Source: Trichoplax adhaerens (lineage: Eukaryota > Animalia > Placozoa). Taken from it: a DNA stretch of 64,000 nt. Shown here in pieces: positions 1 to 12,500 of this stretch (positions are counted from its first letter, which is position 1; each line of letters begins with the position of its first letter). The stretch lies in the NCBI RefSeq assembly GCF_000150275.1, contig NW_002060958.1, positions 266,897 to 330,896 on the forward strand, read 5' to 3'. The notes under the pieces are model-generated. The model had not been told where the DNA came from, did not search any database, and was given only the letters and a program-made list of their open reading frames with translations. The position numbers and the translations under genes are program-made.

Positions 1-810
1 CCATCGATCAAGATTGAACATGGCTAGCATTTCGTCATGTTCGTTGCTTGCTGCCATTTCCATCCGTCCGTGCGTAATATCCCTTGACTACTGACTAGGT
101 ATCATATCTCTTCATATCCTCAGTGTACTAACTGTATCTCTAAGCCGATAAGTCCGGAAGCACACTATTTATTGACGTTAATTAATTATGAATTTGTAGT
201 TAATTTAATTAAGCTTAATGGCAAGCACTTTGATATCCATTGATCAAGATTGAACATGCCCTGACATGGCTAGCATTTCGTCATGTTCGTTGCTTCCGGC
301 CATTTCCATCCGTTCGTGGGTAATGTCCCTTAACCACTGACTAGGTATCATATCTCTTCATATCCTTAGTGTACTACATCTCTAAGCCTACAAGTCTGGA
401 AGTACACTGTTTATTTCCATTAATTAATTATGAATTTGCAGTTAATTTAATTTATGGCAAGCACTTTGCCTTCCATTGATCAAGTTTGAAGATGGCTTAA
501 CATAGCTAGCATTTCGTCATGTTCGTTGCTTGCTGCCATTTCCATCCGTCCGTACGTAATGTCCCTTGACTAGGTATCATATCTCTTCATATCCTCAGTG
601 TACTACATCTCTAAGCCTACAAGTCTGGAAGTACACTGTTTATTTCCATTAATTAATTATGAAGTTGCAGTTAATTTAATTAAGCTTAATGGCAAGCACT
701 TTGCCGTCCATTGATCAAGATTGAACATGGCCTGACATGGCTAGCATTTCGTCATGTTTGTTGCTTGCTGTTATTTCCATCCGTCCGTACGCAATGTCCC
801 TTGACTAGGA
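1..810. repeat. Tandem repeat, ~236-bp unit, ~3.4 copies (probably continues left of the window)
   Basis: Units beginning CCATYGATCAAGATTGAACATG...GCTAGCATTTCGTCATGTTCGTTGC start at ~1, ~237, ~473 and ~708. The array ends ~320 bp upstream of the DBNL ATG. Confidence 0.95.
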
Positions 811-1130
811 AAGTGTCAGGGAAATATAGCCACTCGCCAGTCACGACAGCTATTTGTATGGATGAGAACCATTGAAAGCGTACTTTAATAGCCAGTTTTC
901 ACTTTGTACAGTACAAGTACTCTAGCTACAGTGGAGAGATCCTCGACTTTACAGTACAATACACTGTAATTGGAAGCCTAGAGTAACTCCAGTTCCTCTA
1001 TCGCATCCCCATTTGGATATTTTCAGGCCATTTCACACCCATTTCCATCCTCTTCAACTCCTTTCCGACAAATTGGATTGGCATCGATTGAGTTTATTGG
1101 ATCATCAAGGATTAAAAATTCATTGTCAGC

Positions 1131-3642
1131 ATGTCGATCGATCTGAATACGAATAAAAAACAGCTTTTAGATGCTTGGAAAGCAGTTTGTGATAACGAGA
1201 ACGGTGTGAACTGGGCGCTATTTGGTTATGAGGGCAAAAGTCATGTTTTGAAAGTGGTGGAAACAAGTGATGGCGATTTGCAAGACTTGATCGAAGAATT
1301 GAATGGAAGTAAAATTATGTACGCATTCTGTCGTGTTATTGATCCAAATACAAAATTACCCAAGTTTGTTTTAATCAATTGGTCTGGAGATGGTGTACCA
1401 ACTACGGTTCGAGGGACATGTTCCAATCACGTACGATATGTTACGGAATTTTTTCGAGGTGCTCACTTAGTCATCAATGCACGCTCGGAAGACGATGTTG
1501 ATCCTGACAGCGTTATTGATAAAGTATCCAAATCTTCTGGTTCGAATTACAGCTTTCACAAAGAGTCTCATAAGCCTGTAGCACCTATAGAACCTGTCGG
1601 GACAAATTATCAACCGGCTAGGGTAACCTTAAATCAAGATATCAATATTCAAAAACGTGATCACTTTTGGCAAAAAATACAAGACGAAGAGAAACAACGT
1701 TCGAAAAATGAAGAAGCCAACGCTGCTTCAAAACGAGCTCAATATGAAAAGGAAATAAAAGAGAGAGAGGTATTATCGTTGAATTTTTTCCATATCATTA
1801 ATCCATCAAATTTGTAGGTAAAACCAACCATGATGACATTTCCATAATCATAAATTACTTATGATAATTGTTAGGCTCGAGAAGCTCTTGAACGAGAAAA
1901 GCGACTTCAAGAGAAACAGAGAGCTATTGGTAGGCCAGTGGATAGAACGATGCCTTTACGGGCAGAAGCGGCTAAACTTAGTCAGCTAGGCAAAGAATTT
2001 CATCAGCGAGAAATGCAACAAGCAGCAAGCGGCAAACGTAATGTTACTCCATCATTACGTGATGAAGCTACCAAGTTAATTTCCAGTTCTGCATCCAAAC
2101 CCTCGTCAGATCAGGAAGTTATTACCAGTACCGCCGAAAGTAAAGCTGAGGAAGCTGCTAGATTAATCAGAGCTGGTCGAGCGTTTCATGAACAAGATCA
2201 ACAAGCTTTACAAACCAGTAAAGCTACTGAATCATCGCTACGTGATGAAGCTACTGCCTTGATTAAAAGAGGCATTGCGGAGAGGCATAGTCAAGATCAT
2301 GGTCAAGTAAGGGTTAGAAGTGAAAGTAAAGCAGAAGAAGCCGCTAGATTAGTTCGTGCTGGTAGGACTTTTCATGATCAGGAAGAAGTAGAACGACATC
2401 ATGAGGTTTGTACGACTATTTTTGTACAAAATATAAATACTGACCCAAAACCACAGTATTGGCATATAAACGATAGAAACAACATCGTTTTCGTAACACT
2501 AAGTATTGTTATTCTATGAATTTCCTTTTCGATAAGTAATGATAGCAATAATTTTACCGTTGTAATTGAAATTTAGTAGCCCTCTTTAATGTACAATGGG
2601 TGTTTTACTTCTAAGGCTTCAACTAACAGAACGAACAGGATGAATGATGCTGAAATACTGATTCAACAAAGTCGACAGCAGCAACGTAAAGAAGTGTCGT
2701 CTGAACAGAGTAATCAGCCTTCAGAACCTGATAGAGTAGCAGAAGCTGCAGCGTTAGTTCGTCAAAGTAAACAAGAACGTACCTTTGAGCAAACAACTGC
2801 TACTAGTCAACACTATGTAGAGGAATCTTACCAACAGGTTTGACTTGAGCATGTAAATTGTAGCGCATAAATAACACAATATGACGCTGTAACATTCCAA
2901 TATTTTTACCGCTGCCGGTTTTTTGTCAACCCCCAGCCCGAACCTGTACAGCAGCAAGTTACGATTCCAGACCAAACCACCAAAGATGAACAGTATCGCC
3001 AAGACAACTATCAGGAGGTATCAGTTGGATAGATATTTCGAATGAATGCTAAATTTTACAGTAATTAATATCTGATTAATTTCTTTTTAACACACTTACT
3101 AAAATCTGCCTATCTAAAATGGATAGCCTGCGGTTGTACAGTATGAAAATACCTCTTATCCGGCAACAGATGACCAACAACAAGAAGCTAATCCTGCTGA
3201 GCAAAGTAGCCCGCCTCTTTCAGGAGTTCATGCAAAGGCGTTATACGACTATCAAGCAGGTTAATGACTTATTTTCTAAAGAATGAAGTTTATCAAAACC
3301 TCAGCGTTTTATAACTGTGCAATTTAAATCAATTCGTTGAAAGAAATTGCATAGTCTTTTACTTGAAGAATTCTTTTATCTAATAACTTAGTGTGCATTA
3401 ATACTATTCTGAGTCTGGTGAAGCTGTTTTCATTATGAAACATGATAGGTTTTTTAAGCATTGATCGATCACACTGTTCCATTAAAATATTTGTTATAGA
3501 TGCTGCAGATGAGATATCTTTTCAACCTGGAGATATCATTTACGATATTGAAATGATCGACGAAGGCTGGTGGATTGGTTATACTAGCAACAGTGATAAG
3601 GGAATGTTTCCTGCAAATTATGTAGAATTAATAGAGAGTTAA
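1131..3642 (+). CDS. DBNL: Drebrin-like / Abp1 actin-binding protein (ADF-H domain, helical repeats, C-terminal SH3)
   Basis: Six exons join in frame with GT-AG introns: 1131-1769, 1875-2405, 2616-2837, 2937-3017, 3127-3259, 3500-3642. ADF-H motifs: [37 protein letters not shown]3: [21 protein letters not shown]...EGWW...[11 protein letters not shown]. Confidence 0.95.
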
Positions 3643-4152
3643 TAGAGTATTGGTGTTTCCCAATTCACAAATTTTGCAAACTCAGTGGTAAATTGATTAT
3701 AAAAATGTTGTAATAATGTTGTCATTAAATGATGACATAGACTGATTGAAGTTTTTGTGAGCCTGGGCCATATGCAGTAGGCAACAATGGATACCATACG
3801 ATAGCTCAATAATTAATTCTGTGCTTATGATGTTAGACACATAAACTATTTAAAATTACTAACGTTTGTACATTATGTTTGCATCTGTGACATTCCGGTA
3901 TAAAATAAGTTTTAAAAATAGGGTTTGCGTTAAAATTGTAAAGTATTTTGATTTTTTTATCATATGAAATGTTTTCACAATAATAATATTTGGTTTATAC
4001 TTAACGTTGTTTTCGATTATGGGTTGTTTTTGGCTACAAAGATTCTTATAAACTCTTACAGCACTTACCAACTGTAAACGTTACAGTTTTATGTGATGGA
4101 ACTATTGTTGTGACTTTATAAACCATGCAATAAAAAAATTTAACGAATAGTG

Positions 4153-4503
4153 AAGTGGAAGAAAGGTCTTACGATATAGCCTTGTTTAGTAACTTAAAAT
4201 GGTAAAATGTGGTATATTTTAATGTGACGGTAATGCATAACTTTATTTGGCGTTTTGCTTCAGTAAGTGATACGTAATTACATTATAATATCATCAACAG
4301 TGTCTATGATGTTGAAAAGTTGTGATAAAGTGGAAGAAAGGGCTTACGATAGCGCATGATCTTGTTTAATAACTTAAAAAATCGTAAAATGTGGTATATT
4401 TGATTTGACAGTAATGCATAACTTTATTAGGCGTTTTGCTTCAGTAAGTGATATGTAATTACATTATAACGTCATCAACAGTGTCTATGACGTTGAAAAG
4501 TTG
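4153..4503. repeat. Direct tandem duplication, ~175 bp x2
   Basis: AAGTGGAAGAAAGG...TCATCAACAGTGTCTATGAYGTTGAAAAGTTGT starts at ~4153 and ~4328. Confidence 0.9.
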
Positions 4504-6511
4504 TAGTAAGTAAATTATTAACTTACAAAGCTTGCCTTCAGCCATGTGAATTTAAAGCATTTTTACAAGAATACATCCAATAAATGAATCCCTATACTGC
4601 TATGATATTACAAGTCAGTCCTATTTTCTCACATTTGGCGCTTATTCAACTCGACAGTATTATTGCCCTTTGGTCAGGTGCTATGTCGTTACCATCAAAA
4701 CTTGCAACACATAGAAAAACGGAACGATTATAGGAAATCTACTTTTAACTCACACAAAATATTCTCGATAGGAACTTTACTAGGACGCAAAAAATACTTA
4801 TTATCGTAACTTATAGTTAGTAATAACGATGCTAACTATAACAGTACATACACAAACTTTTGGATACATCGCTGATAAATATCGATATAGAAATCGCGTT
4901 GAATACAAGTTTAGAGGGGATACTGCAACGAAATTTAATGTTAAGTTGTAGCCGTACAACAAACGATAACTCATTCCGCAATATGTATATGAAGTATAGG
5001 CTGTATAGCAAATAAAATACATTTGCGGTATAGTTTTAGTTAAAAGGTTCATATTTGTGTCATACGATGCTTACTTACTGGTATGCAGCGCAGGTACAAG
5101 AATACTCTGACATACTAGATATTGTATTGTTTATACTTTGTATAAGAGCAAGGCGTTTCTAAAATGAAATAGCGCCGAGAAATTATTTTTAAAATTTCGA
5201 TATATAATTTTTGCTAACCATGATTCTTATTGACCAATGTTTTGAGTATAACTTCATCCGTTCAGGTTGCAGACTGTAACTCCTGGTCGTAGATTGCACA
5301 AGTTTACCATTTGAAAATATCTATTCATATCGACTAAATAATGTTAAGATTAAACTTGAGGTAACAGGCGACTGTCCTTATCTTTATATCACATGTAGCT
5401 TTATCTGATCTTACGCTATATTCTACTGGTTGGTCTAAGAGGACAGTATAAAGCTGATATTAATGCATTTACTGATTACCGAACTAGCATTGCTTACTAA
5501 TCTCTAGATTAGGCGTTAACATAGGCACAAGAATACGAAATAGTCTTAAAGATCTTTATTACATTTGGGTTATGTTGGGAAAGAATATAAACAGCTCAAG
5601 TTATATGGATAAAGTTCTAGATTAGATTTTGATGTGGGTCTTTAAACTCAAACGTACATATTAATATAAGTTTCTGAATAATAACGAAGAGAAAACATTT
5701 AAATCATTTTAGTGTAAAATATCTAAATTAGGCAAGAGAAGTATATTACGGTAGTTTTTATAAACGAAAAGTTTCTCTCTTAACATTTCGAAAATTATGC
5801 TATTAAAAAACTTGAATCTTTGTAGATTTGTCCTGTAGAAGTATGTAATTTAATGTCAAAACCATATATCCTCTAGATATCCACCTAATTATCAAGTTAT
5901 GATTATTTATCGATACATTAGTTGTCGAGGGTAACGGTAAGAATGAAACTATTAAATGAAATAAACTGATATTTGTTTGATTGCTTCAATCAATTCGATA
6001 AGAAAAGAACTTCGTTATGTTCATAATGATATGAAAGGTTACAGGTCATCAATTTACATCTACATTTATGTGCCGCATATAGGCATGTTCCTACTTTCAC
6101 GTTATGATCATAATCTACTAAATAATACTACTATTATGTAATAAGTAAGTCAGGTTATTGAAGAGGACTAAAATTTCAAAATTTCTATTAACAAATCGAT
6201 TTAGTAAATTTAGTATCTAAAACTAGAAGTGCATTGCAGATCTTGAATCGAACATCGAAAAGATTACGCATTATCGGTTATTCTTAAAATAAGAACAACT
6301 AAGTCATATACAAATGTTAAATAGTTCACAGCCAAATAGGTCTGAAAATGTATTCGAAGATATCTAACGAAGGATAATGCATCCGTGTATAAATTTCAGT
6401 TACTAGCTTAGTAATGAGTGAAGTAGACAGAAAAAAACTAGGTATGCACGTACTAGAAATCTTACAGAACGTAAGCATACAACTTTATGATGTAGGGCTA
6501 TTAGTAGTCGG

Positions 6512-9500
6512 TTAAGAATCTTGATTTTCTTCTCGTAGACGTTGATGATGTCTAAGATTTGTTATCTCTAGTAGCGTTGGGTCTTTTTCCATGACAACAG
6601 CGAGCAAGCTATCCAGATATGTTCGCATCCTACTATTTGTATCTTCTTGTTGTTTTAAAGCTTCCATAAGCTATTTCATGAAAGAAAGATTATATCATTT
6701 TATAATCACTTCTTATTATCATTACATCTCTTTTAATACAGTGTGTTAAGTTAAGAAATGATTACTCGTAATAGAATACACGGCAATTACATATCGTAGT
6801 ACGGATAATTACAGTACAGAAGTAATAAAACCTATCATTTACGTAGTTGGCTGCTGTACTTACCTCATCTTTACTAGCAAATTCCAATTCTGCTGCCAGA
6901 GATTCTGCTGGCATATTATCATCTAAACTGACGCGCTGTAACTGGCCATCTAAATAAGTCTTTTGCATTCTACTGTTGGCTTCTCTCAACTTTTGAATGT
7001 CCTGTAAAAAGAATGATAGTGTTACAATTGCAACTCTACCGAAAATTATGCAATATGATGGTTCAATAATTCTTCAACCTGATATTTGGCAAATAGTATC
7101 AATATCGACATAAAGTATCTTTCAGTTGCATATTGTATTTACATTCAACCCGATTTATTGCTGCAAGTAACCTATTACGATTGAAACTCAACTCTATTTT
7201 TCTGTTTCGATTTGCAATACAATATTTCCTAATCAGCAAGGTTACTATTTTAAACTATATACAATTCTTGTAACTGGTAGGCCATCACGAGGTATTAATT
7301 AATTTAAAAATATAAATACTTGTATAAATTATAATATAATTAAGGAGATATCTATAAGGAATTGTTTAGTTAGTACTTAAAGTAGAAAAAAATGTATGCA
7401 ACGCATAAAACCCTACATGACAATTATTCTAAGACTAATATTCTTGATAGCATTGGATGATAAATTAAGCATATTAATGCTCGCCTAACATGGGAAGAGA
7501 TCCATACAAAATTGTTCATGAACTTATAGTACCAAAAACTTAGCGTAGAGCTACTATAAGATTGTAATGTATGGAAATTAAGTTTTAGCTGCGTCTTACC
7601 CGTTGAAGCGATTTAATCTCATTCTGGTAACCACTCGTGTCTATAGCTACAAAATTCTTAGTCTCTAATGTTAATCTTTCGATTTCATCTTTAGCTTCAT
7701 CATAATGTCGTTGCAGATTGTTATTTTCTTCTTGGGCCTCATGTAATACCTATGATATTTTTGATAACAGTACTCATTCTTAATATTTAAACTTTATTGT
7801 TAAATTGTTAAACGTTCAAATGACGTATGCGCGATAATTCCTAACGACAGTATAGAGTCCGACTGCGTAACTGCTATTGACAGTGAGATCGTAAATTGAC
7901 CTTCTACAATATGATTAAGTTACAATATTGCTAGTACTAACATAGTTATTAATTTCTAGACACATGAAGTAGTGTTTGATAAATATCATAAATAGAATAT
8001 TACAATATTATAAAAAGTCAGTCAAAGTAGCTAACACTATATCTAACGCTATATCTAGCAAATAACGTAGTTCGTTTCTAAATATTATATCAAGTAGAAA
8101 TATACATCGTATTTTAAAATTGCTATGAGAGTTCTACCTGCTTAAATACTTGTTGATCTTCTTCAATACATGTCTTCAGGTCCACAATTTCTTTTTCTAG
8201 AGTCTTTACTGAATCTTCACTACGGTTAAATCGGAGTTGCAAATCATCGTTTTTTTCTTGTAATGAAGTAGCTTTCTGTCATAATTATCCAAATATTAGT
8301 TGTTACAAAGTCTTCACTTAATCTAATTCTACCGTAAGGTCTATCTATAAGCTATCTTTAATTTTATGAGTTATTTCAAGGTGGAATCTAATTTTCTTCA
8401 TTCAATTCAAACTGATATTTATAATAACGGTCAATAATTGCACACTGTGTAACTTACCGCATGGTCTAGATCTTGTTGACCCTTCAGATAAGAAATTTCT
8501 TGAGCGTAATTTTTGCATTTCATATTTAGATCTTTAATCCTGCGGATGCAATTTATCATAATATGTCAAAAAGTATACTTAATCTGGAAAATACACTCTA
8601 TTTACGTACTGGAGATGTAGGGACTCAATCTGTTTGTCTCTATCAGCCTCTAATCTTGTCTGCATGAAAGGTATAAAAACGTCATAGTAATGAGCGATTA
8701 TCAAGTTACATATGATAGTTTAGAAACTCAAAAGGTGAGAGAAATGATGAATGTAATTAGCAATTACTTATAATAGATTTGAGTTTAATATTGGTTTACT
8801 GGGAACGCTAGACACTTCTACTGCTATCTAGTACTGTGGTATACTTATATTCAATCTAATGATAAAGCAGGAATGACTTTAATAATGCACTTACGACGTA
8901 AGCTTTATGCTTTTTCTTTTCTTCCGCAAGATCACTAGCATGAACAGTTCTGCTCTCACTTAGTTGTTCCTCCAGATAGTTACACCGTTGTACAAATTGA
9001 CTATTTTCAATTTTTGTACGCTTTAATGCTTCAGAGTGCGACGAACATTGTTTTTCAGTTTTCTCTAGCTGAGATGTAAGATGTAATATCTACAACATTA
9101 CGATAAATAAAGACATGCATGAAATTCTGATATGAAAATAATTATAGCTGCGGCTGATTTAGTAATCACGATTTATCTTTTTATCGAGAATAGTAGAGTT
9201 TAGCCCTCAGTATTTTGACGATTACTACGCAGATCTATAGACGCTCATAACCAAAATTTTAGAAGAACGTTTTGTATAGTAACTTTCAAATAGTTATCTT
9301 TTATCGTAGCTGAGTTGCAAACATTAGCTGTATATCAGGTAATCAATCCATGAATATTAAGAAATAATTTATAGTACGCATGATGTCATGAACTATTTAA
9401 GTGAGTACTAAAAACAGAAATACCAAATGATATACGTAACTATACCTGATCATTTAATTTATGTAAATATTCTGCGTTGTCGTCCGATGCCTGACTATCT

Positions 9501-12500
9501 GTACTGTTTTTTCTACTGAGATAAGAAGGAGTACCATTAACTTTTGCGCGGGTGAGTAGTTTCCTGTTAAGAATTTGATACAATAATATTATATAACACT
9601 TAAATCTATCATTAATCTGTACAGGAAAAAGTGCGCAACATTAAAGTGTAATTTAAAGCTTATAATTGCAGTTCAATTGCATACAAAATTTTATAGCTAA
9701 AGCTCATCATCGGATATGACTACTTACACTCCTACCCTTCGTCCGGAAGGAGTTCGTACTAGTCTAAAAGTAGACAAAGATAAATGTTACCAATGCGATA
9801 ATAAAAGCCAGCTACGTAGCCAGGCATTATCAAGTAACGGTAAAAGGACATCTTTCCGATCATTACGACTACATTTATCGTAACATTGACTTTAAGTTAT
9901 AAACATGCAGTAGTGTATGGTTACCGAGCGGGGGTTAACTCCTTATCGGATTCTTCATCGATCATCATCGAATCGTCTTCACCCATTCCGACAAAGCCCT
10001 CTTCATTTGTGCTTGCCGAGAGTAAACTACTATTTACGCCTTCCTTCTGATTTAATTCATCAGTAGTACTCGTATTTTGATTGTCAGCGTTAACTAAAGT
10101 TACTGATTCGTCTTTGGTATCGGTTACGGAATCTGTCGTGTCAGCAACGCTGACGTGCATTTCCTGACCATCAACGAGATCCTTTGTACCTGCCTATAAG
10201 TGTACGTTTTTGTAAACGTCAATAGTATACTTTTAAGTGCAATTATAAGAGCCATTGTTAAATATATATGGGAATAATGATTCTATAGATGGCCTTGTTG
10301 TTAGTTGTAAAGCCATAATGATAGCTATATACGATACTTATCAAATTATTGATCTAGATGTTAATTTCACTTTTAATGGCTTATTAGTTTAAATTACAAT
10401 TTATGATGCAATCATAATTTCTTCAATTAGATTTACTATGTAAAATTAGTCATAGGACGTAATCTTTAGATATTAATTAACTATAGTGCAAAGAACGATA
10501 TAGTATCCATAGCAAACGAATAACTAGGATAATAGGCTATCAAATCGATAAATGAGTGCCTTTTAGGTCGAATATTAAATCTTAACAGGTCATTAAATTG
10601 GCGTAATAAGTTTCAATTGTTGAAGCAGTGACTGATTCCAAAAAATATTTCTTAAATCTTAGTAGTCTAGCTACAATCGAATCGAATAAACAGCACTCGA
10701 ATTTACAGTACGAAATTGAACTACTTAAGAATTTACATCACCATATGAAAAGGTCTACATGTAAAATGGTTATTAAGGAATAAGAAGACAAAATTCCCGA
10801 GCGTTCTAAATGTAAAGTACTTATATTGAGATTCCTTACCAACTGATCCTGTTGTAATTGATGGTATTTTTCTAATGAATCAAGGACATCTGGTGCAGGT
10901 TGGTAACCATTGCGACTATTTCCTAGTAATATGTAAACATAAGGAACAAAAGATAGCACAGATATCAATTAGTCATTCAAGGCAGTGGGAATTAATGCAA
11001 TATAATTCGCAGATAAGAGATATAAAAGTGAAGTTAGACAAATAAAAAACAGATAATTTGTTATTCAAAGTCACAAGAATAAAGATGAAAGGGGGTTTTG
11101 ATTATATTTGCAATCTCACTTTATAAAACTTTCTGACAAATCAATTGCACTAAATGCCGACAATATATCAGACCCGGTACAGGCCACAAACTAATAAATG
11201 ATGAGACTGCAGTCTGGATATACAGTACTCGTATATTGAAATAACAGCATTCTTAATTTAATTTCAATTTTTACCATACACATACTGTAGATAATACACT
11301 TAGATCCGATTTCAATGGTAAATTAATCAAAAATCAACTGACGCTTATTCTAAAGAAATCGTACCATTTATAATCTATAGAAGACTATAACCAACCTGGT
11401 AATTTAGTACAGTATATCGAACATATCATTATCATTTACGTAATACCATGACATGACCATTTTTATTTCTTCTTTCTAATACTATGAGCGCTATACATTG
11501 TACAATCTATAGTATATTATTAATTATTTGAAAGAACTAAAACATCCTAATATTCGTTTACATGAGGACTTGAATACTGGCCGTGATAACATGAGGCTAC
11601 TAAGAAATGCCTGTTTTTGAGCCGTACGTGAGCCAAAAATAAAATTTTGTCATATACGAAATCTCTAGCTATAGCGAAGTCATATGTGCTTGTTAAAAAC
11701 GATCAATATAATACGTAGTATTAGCGTTGCTTATCTAGATGTGAAGATTTAAGCACTCGAAAGTGACATAAAGAATAGAAACGGTTTCGATGCCAGTTGT
11801 AAGCATTGCTAGCTATATTATGATACCGTACTTTACCTGTAAAAACGCACTTAACACGTTCTTTAAATTCTTCATAATCAAATCTACCGCGTCCTTCCGG
11901 ATCTAAACTCCGAATGATTTCTTGTACCTCCTAAAATTTTAAAGGTTAAAGCGTTATAATACCAATTCTCATCAAAACGTATCAATTATCTATCATCATA
12001 CAATAAATCGCCATTTAGTGTGCATAGGTGAAATATACCAAGCGTCTCTGTTGTTACGTTTATAATATACACGTAAAAACGAGTAGCTGTATTGATTGAT
12101 AATTATAATGTGACACTGACTTCCATTTGGAGATATTATTAAAAGTTTCGTATTTAAAAATTAAATTTATAGCTAGATTTCAATTCCGTCTCTTAAGAAA
12201 ATGAGTAATTTTCTCCAGGCAAAGAATCTTTATAACGATACAACTAATGTACGATAAAAGGTAAAACAAGTCCTATTACATAATATCTAGTACGCTGACT
12301 TTAGTTTCAGGATGCACTCAATTATGGCCATAAGCACAATCGAAATTAAAGCAAAAGTTTGGAGGATAGGTGAAATCTTACTTCTTATTAGTGAGAAAGT
12401 GTCCATTAAAGGGTATACGAGTAGGCCCATAACTATCCAAGCAAACAACGAATGAATCAAGTTTATGAAGATATTAACTTGACGTGCACGATAAACTACT

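Noticed and set aside
9728-9736. Alternative in-frame donor in the 36-nt RAB11FIP exon
   Set aside because: The second GT is 8 nt away and out of frame.
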